This document shows positions 56,546 through 64,000 of a DNA stretch of 64,000 nucleotides, piece after piece. The notes under the pieces are model-generated. The model worked only from the letters and a program-made list of their open reading frames with translations, was not told where the DNA came from and searched no databases. This stretch comes from Bugula neritina (Eukaryota; Animalia; Bryozoa): the NCBI GenBank assembly GCA_964035545.1, contig OZ037766.1:2790001-2854000 (forward strand), in the 5' to 3' direction. The position numbers were made by a program, and so were the translations under genes. The number at the start of each line of letters is the position of its first letter. Positions within the stretch are counted from its first letter, which is position 1.

Positions 56546-56592
56546 TCTGTGCTGATGAGGGGACAAATCCCGAAACAGCTGCTGTCCACAGA
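56546..56592 (+). ncRNA. Type I hammerhead ribozyme
   Basis: Stem I TCTGTG/CACAGA; core CTGATGA (56552-56558); stem II GGG(G)A-caaa-TCCC; GAAA (56572-56575); stem III ACAGC-t-GCTGT; cleavage triplet GTC (56584-56586). Confidence 0.88.
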
Positions 56593-59500
56593 TTAAGATA
56601 TATATATATATATATATATTCTTAAATGTGGTTTCATAGGGGGCTGCTCATAGGGGGCTTATATGCATTTAGTATATTTCGATACCATAGGGGGCCTATA
56701 AACAGAGCCCCCTCTGTTATCAGAATATATCATATTTTTTTTCTTTGAAATTGTCTTCTCATTTTTACCTTTTGAGTAATAAAAGCTATATTACATTTGT
56801 ACTATGCAAAGTATAGAAACTCAATTGGTTTTGTTCTACTTTGTCTGCTATAATTAATTCTCCAACAATTTCAGTTAAAAAAAATTATTTTTCAACTTCT
56901 ATTCACACTATGCCATTAATCTCTGTAAGGAACTAATATAGCCATGCATTCAAAATAAAAAAATTACACTTCTATTTCCTATGTTATGTATTTCCTTTTT
57001 AAAATCGAATAAGGATTTTCATGTCTAATAATTCGAAGTGCACCCTGTATCATCCTCATTACATTTGTTGATGTTTTGCTTATTCTTATATTTTGTTCAG
57101 GTAATGAAAGTTGTATATATATATATTTTTTTTTATATAACAGGAAAAGTTCAATTAAATTGAACCAAGTTTATATAATTTTAAACTGTAAAAACAAGTA
57201 CTTTGAAAAAGAAATTGCACGTCATTCAATAAGCAAGTGAAGTAAAATATTGTAATAGCAAAAATAGAATAGCAGTTAGTTGACAAAATACAGATATAAT
57301 TAATTAATTAAAAGTTGCCTCAAATTATTATAAGCCTATATTGTATACTTAAAGAATGAATGAAACATAATGTATATTTTATTTTAGAAATTACTCAATT
57401 TGAATGCAGCCAGTTTATACTGTAATATCTAATATCTATAGTATTTTCCTGTATTAAAAAATATGTGTGTTAAGTTCATTTAGCTACCATGCATATACCT
57501 ACTATAATTCGGACAAAGCAAGATAAAACTAATTTCTAAACTAGCTATATGTTCTAAAGTCTTTTAATAAAAAACAATTGGATAGATAGCACCACTATAT
57601 AGGTATTACTAAAAAAACGGCCAGGTATGCACTTCTATTTACCAGATGCTAAACGATTTGCTTCAAAGGCTTATTTTTTAAGTTTTACTAGCTATTCCTT
57701 TCATTAAATCAACCGTATAGGTACAGTATTTTGCAGATTTCTTAAAAGTCTGCCTCAGTGATTCTTTGAACAGTTATATAGATGGCAATTTGAGGGCACT
57801 GTTTGTAATCAATCATTAAAGAACACGCAGAACACCATTGCTTTAAACTAATCTTAAGAATATTAGCACATTTTCTGCACTCCATCTTCATGATGCATCA
57901 TATGAGAACAAAATGTCCTACTAATATTTTTGTCATTGCTAATATTATTTGAATTACTAATGCACAATAGGCTGATAATGTTTTAATATTTATTTCAAAA
58001 TAATTATAGTATTCTATTTGAATTTACATAACAAAGAGACTTGTAATATATGATAGGATTAAACCAATTAAAATATATTTTTCACAATCATTTATATCTG
58101 AAAATGTACTTTGAACTGCGATTCTTTGCTATAGTGCACACAAAACAGTCGGCTAGTACACTTTCATATGCTCTAAAGTCTATAGAGATTAACTCAACGC
58201 TTCAGTAAAATATATTGAGTTAAAGCTGAATGTAAGGCTACTAATTATATGCTCTTTCTTCTCAAACCCATATCTGAGTTCTTTTTTTAAATGCTTTACG
58301 GAGCACAAATAAGAGCAACCCCTAACTATATCTTTCACAGTTGCTAATATATAAAATAGTGCTTTTTAAAAAACCTGAAGCTATATGTGTACTAAAACAA
58401 AATTTGAAAACCATGTTATCTAGCCTTTTATAAGCTATTGAAACTTTTTGTTGGCTAGAAATGCAGCAGTTACACTACAAATTACTCTTTAATTGCAATA
58501 GCTTCAAAAGAAATATATTAGCAAGCTTCTGAATGTGCCTTGATTTTTTTTCAATCTTTAGCAGTAACTTTTATAGGTTTAATGTTAACAATTAGTGGTA
58601 TAATATACAAGCTTTTTCAAAACTGCTCCCAACTCTTAGCAATTGGGCATTTTGTTTGCATGAGCAGACGTTTCAGAACCCGTCTCTGTTACTGCTTTTA
58701 CGTACTTTTTATTTAATCTTGTACTGGTAAACTACATTTTTTTACTGGCCTTACCTGGCATAAATATATTGACAATTCAAATATTGGCACTCAACAATTT
58801 GTAAGCTAGGATAGCAGTTTATGCACAATCGCACTATATATGCAACTGGTTTATCTCTCTTTTTGTCCTAATGCTAGAGAGACAAATTAACATAATATTT
58901 ATGACAAGCACCAGATTTTTTCTTATTTTTTTTGTTTGGGTATCAGTCTACTACTATAAGCATTACGACATAGCCTTGTAAACTAAGACAAGTAAACAAC
59001 TTTCCTTCTACAATGTGTAAGTCATCTTCCATTGAAATACAGAATGTTTAATGCATGCTTTATAAACATCAGCAAGACTTTCCCCGGGAAAGTTTATAGT
59101 AATATATTATTAAATTTTTCTTTCAATTATTTTCAGAAACTATTGTGTGTAACACAATGCTACTTTAAATCTTAATTAAACAACTTGGCTATATAATTAC
59201 AGGTTATTAACTAAAGCTTGCCAATTTTCACAAAAGCTAAACTTCAGAATAAGCAATTTTGGCTTGCTTTGTTGATAGCCTACCGTGATAGAGAGCAATC
59301 CAGTAAGTTGAGTATTGGGTAAATGTTTCAATTTGTTTTAAGTTTCATAAAAAGCTCTTTCAGTAGCTCTTTTCACAAATTGATAGAAGACAATAATGCA
59401 GAATATTGGGGTAGAGATACAAACTGAACAACAATGTATGGTGCGACCATTAAACATGTTTTTACTTTGAGAATATTTCAAAATTGATTTATCTTGTAAG

Positions 59501-60217
59501 AGCAAAATGTAACAGGTATCTAGTCATAAAAAGCAATTTGAATCCTCTGTCTGCAAGCCAGAGTATGGCAAGTAAAGCACCCTGGACTATCAATAGGTTA
59601 CAAGTGCTAGATGGTGCTAGATAGTGCTAGTTCTTCATTCTTAAAGCCTAGGGCCTAGAGTAAATAGAACAGCCTACAAACTAATAAATAATTAGGTAAC
59701 TGACTGAATAGATAGAACAAACACTGCTACACTGCATGAAAGCTTCAAGTGAAACTATTAGAAACAATAATATAACAGTTGTTCTTTCCACAACTGAAAT
59801 GTTAATTTAACTAAAAAAAACTTTTTTTGATATAAAATACAAAATTATACAACTTTTCATGATTTATTCTGTACTTTATGATTAGTTTTGCAAAATAAAT
59901 GGCTTGCTTTATGTTTCATTATTCAGCCAGAGCTGCACGGCAACATCAAACAGTTTTACAAAATGCAATTTATCTTCGTTAAAAAGATTTCTTGCTGGTA
60001 TGGAGTTTCAGCAAGTTGAAAAAATGTGTTTAAAGTTTACATTAGTTAGGTATAATATTAATTCTTTGGGGAATTGCCAGCAAAATTTCTTCAAACTTCA
60101 TGTCCTATGTTATACTTATTGTAGTTGTTGTTGTCCTTATGTAGCCCTTTGTGTATCTCTATAAGGTTGGAGCCTGTTATTAGCTCTATAATGAAAGCCA
60201 TTACCTCTAAAATTACT

Positions 60218-62618
60218 TAGACCGTGTAAAAGTCAGCCAATCAGCAAAGTGTACCAGGTCAACACCCCACTATTATAGCTTATATAAAATTCTGCAAGTT
60301 CAGTTGCAAAATGCATGCTTCTAGAAAGCAGTTGTGCAACTTTTTTTAAGTGCATTACTTTATTTCATATCTTAAATTTATGACACTCTGATGTATTTTC
60401 AAAACATCTAAAGTAAGTGTGTATAAAATGCAATTAAAAATTGTATGTCTAAAAAAATGACCTGGTACACTTTTGCAGCTGAAGGCCAGTTGTTACAAAA
60501 CTCTTAGCTTCATTTGTTCTCTATTATACTAGTGTGAACTCTTGTTCTCCAATATGCCAGCTTTTGGTACAGAAATCTGATTAGCTGGGTTTTTGAATGG
60601 TTTTCTATTACATACATCTGATTGCCTGAATAGTGTACACTCCGTCTACCTTTACATGGTGCAAACTACAGGGTAGTATTATACCATCTTTCTGTTTACC
60701 AATCTTTTGTTCATAATAGTAAATAGGCTATTCAGCAAGGATTTTATGGCATGTAAGCCATGGGAACTACTGAAGAGGTTAAATCAACCATCACTGCTGC
60801 TAATATTGCTTATGCATCTGTCCCATTATAGTTCTTTCTCCTAAACTTTGAAATTGTTTCAATAAACATTAGTAGTTAAACCACATGTATTTATTATTTA
60901 TCTGTAGGGTTTAGCAGTTTACATATTTAGAAAATATGTTTTATATAGAGTATTCATCTATCACCTAAAGTAGTTCACTTGCTGTCTTGACTTATTTAGT
61001 TAAGGTTATAATTTAACATGCGACAACCCTATACTCAGTAAAGAATAAACTTTTTTGGTTGCAATTTTTTTTAGGAGTAAATTAGCTTCATTTATACTTG
61101 TCTTTAAAGTCTATCAAAAGTGACCACCTCATTACTAGTCATTGCCCGATAATACTTCAGTGTTTAAAGTAAGAATGATTTATACCCATTGCTTAAACAC
61201 AACATTCATTAAAATTATTGCTGTTATAGCTGCATGGGTTTAAACCAGCTACTAAGTAAAGCAATAGTTGTTTGTCAGAAGTATTTGCTTAAATTCATGA
61301 ACAAAGCCTTGTCTCATACAGCCAGATTACTATGCATAGTTGCAACATTATGTAATGCATGTTGACACCCATTACATTATGTTTGAATGGTAAAGTATTG
61401 GGTAAAGCCTTCAGCTAGCATTTCTTGAAAGTCCTATTGTCTGCTGGGATCTCTGCAATCTGCAGCCACCCTCTATAACTGATGAAGTCTAGTACTTTCT
61501 CTATAACTGATGAAATGCAGTACTTTCATAAAAATTTTCTTACTATATTTTAAAGCTATGAGATTAGATCGTGTAAAAACATTATGTTATCATAAGCAGC
61601 ATAAATTGCAATTTCTCTACACCAATAATTTATGTGTTTATAATTCATTGAAAAAAAAAACAATGTTAAGTTGCTAAACTTCGCATTTTAAATCCTGCAA
61701 GTAAATATAATATGACTAGTTCAACCTATTGTCCATATATAAGAGACAAACAGTATTTTAGGTTCAGAAACGGCCAACTCAGGCTTAGCATAAGCTGCAA
61801 TACAAATTTTTTAAGTTATGGTATTGGTAAGCTGAAGAATAGGGTAGTCTAAAAGAAATGCATTTAAAAACTGTACATGATAGTTTACCAAAGCTAAATC
61901 ATTGAATGATTGCTTGTTATTTTCTATGAGTGAAGGAGGGATTTTATTATCTGAAGAAAATTGAATAAGTTTATATGAGAATATTGGTAGTAACACTATG
62001 ATGTAGACTTGCTATTACAAGCTAAAATATATACAGCAGAGAGGGTTGATAGTTCCCATGGCTTACATGCCATAAAATCTTTGCTAAATAGCTTATTTAC
62101 TATTGTGAACAAAAGATTGGTAAACAGAAAGTTGGTATAATACTACCCTGTAGCTTGCACCACATAAAGGTAGACGGAGTGTACACTATTTAGGCAATCA
62201 AATGTATGTAATAGAAAACCATTCAAAAACCCGGCTAATCAGAGTTCTGTACCAAAATCTGGTGGCTCATTACTAGCTGGCATATTGGAGAACAAGAGTT
62301 CATACTAGTATAATAGAGAACAAATAAAGCTAAGAGTTATGTAACAACTGGCCTTCAGCTGCAAAAGTGTACCAGGTCATTTTCGTAGACATACAATTTT
62401 TAATTGCATTTTATACACACTTAATTTAATTGTTTTGAAAAATACATCAGAGATCATAAATTTAAGATATGAAATAAAGTAATGCACTTGAAAAAAGTTG
62501 CACAACTGCTTTCTAGAAGCATGCATTTTGCAACTGAACTTGCAGAATTTTATATAAACTATAATAGTGGGATGTTGACCTGGTACACATTGCTGATCGG
62601 CTGACTTTTACATGGTTT
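60218..62618. mobile_element. ~2.4-kb non-autonomous DNA transposon / foldback element with ~550-580-bp TIRs
   Basis: 60221-60799 is a high-identity reverse complement of 62034-62616 (accgtgtaaaagtcagcc..gccatgggaacta / tagttcccatggc..ggctgacttttacatggt). No ORF in the spacer. Confidence 0.88.
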
Positions 62619-64000
62619 TACACGTCAGCTGTTCGAGTTCTCCATAAACTTTTAGTAGTCAATTAAGTTTGCATAGCCTGGTTGGGCCCAGGCCGAGAAA
62701 GGCAATAGTAAATAAGTTGAGTCTAACCTTTTGCCATTAATTTCAAATCACAAACTTACTTTAGGTGTTTATACATAAAAATATTCAAGCATTTAATGAG
62801 CCACGGTTGTAAAAATCCTAAACTTCTTTTGCTGAGGCAGAACATTTTATTTATTAAGTTTCCTGTGTAACAGGTTAGCTACTTGACTAATACTACATGT
62901 CTTACAGTTGCTAGCCTTTGCTAAGTCTAAACTAAATGGCTGTTTTTTCTTCAATATAGGAAAGAAAAATGTAAGTAGCTCCAAAAAAGTTAGGCAATCT
63001 AAAGACACCCATCATTAATTTAAATTTGCCATAGTTCTTGGCCTAATGTATTGGAATAGGAGGTTGTTAAAAGATTTTATTTTGTAAATTCTTACTTTGC
63101 CTGTCACTTAGTAAGGATAAGAGCAAATCCACTGTTAAGCTATTATACTAATTACCAAATACCCACAATGTCCACATCCATGTCTACTTTTTAGTTGAAT
63201 TGTTTAGAGGTATTACAGCTGCAAATATTTAGCCATTCTACAGTTAGCTAGTGTATTTGCTCCAACTGTGTTTACATGAGACATACTCAGGGTTTCCCCC
63301 AGCTTCTATTAATTGCATGCAACAAAATATTTCCAGCAAAATACATATTATTTATAAAAAGTACAATTTTCATTTTCTAACGCTTTTAAATATAGCTGTT
63401 CAGTAGGCAGTCTAAGTAGAATATATTGTTTGGCGTCTATATGGAGGGGGTTGTCTATTTGGAATTAAACTGAATTGTTACTCTTATAGAGACGGATGAC
63501 CAGTGTAACACTGGTGCTACGTGCCTTTTTCAAACTTTAAAACTATAATTTGCTGAATTGGTTTCCCTGTTTTGAAAGTTTTTCAAGTAAAATAATGCAG
63601 CTAGAAAAAGTATTGTTCGTGCAATGGGTGAATAACAAAATCTAAACTTCTTGCTAGTCATATAATTTGACTACCAACAAAAAGAGTAAGACGTGTATAA
63701 ATAGTTTTCAATAATATGTGTTAATAACTTTGAATTCATCATTTCTACTGATTCCCATTAGATTTATTGTGAATGAAACTTGGTGTAGGGCCTATCTTAT
63801 ATTCTACAGGGTCTAATATTTAATAGCAAAGGTAAGCTGCAAGCATTTCTTAATATTTCCTATTATAAAAGTCCGTGTTGTAGTGACAGCAGACAAGATC
63901 TCAGCTATTATGCTCTCAGTCAGTTGAAAAAGGTCTCTCATAGAGACTATAAACTCTGCGTGTACTGAGATAACACAAAATCAAGAAAAATAGAACAGCC

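Overview
AT-rich, intron-rich animal (invertebrate) genomic DNA. My impression is a lophotrochozoan, but the sequence alone cannot prove this. Left to right: (1) the 5' part of a UBR3 E3 ubiquitin ligase on the minus strand (ATG 15420, at least 19 exons, runs off the left edge), whose 5.4-kb intron (1269-6632) holds three antisense two-exon secreted C-type lectin genes; (2) a divergently transcribed 19-exon GH31 alpha-glucosidase (GAA/MGAM-like) with a type II membrane anchor and trefoil domain; (3) an intact single-ORF sulfotransferase-fold gene; (4) two tandem 9-exon ARM-repeat/TIR/SAM genes (SARM1-like parts in a different order, catalytic-type Glu retained) with locally hypervariable N-terminal helices and near-identical TIR/SAM; (5) two more sulfotransferase paralogs, convergently oriented and disrupted, sharing one nonsense codon; (6) a gene-poor, repeat-rich tail. 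Non-coding highlights: a canonical type I hammerhead ribozyme (56546-56592); a perfect 80-bp-arm palindrome with a hammerhead-like core in a TIR-gene intron; several MITE/foldback elements (one with IS3EU-type ends and a 6-bp TSD); tRNA-derived elements; and intronic minisatellites built from duplicated exon-intron junctions. Exon boundaries were derived by eye from GT/GC-AG signals and frame continuity; no database searches were run.
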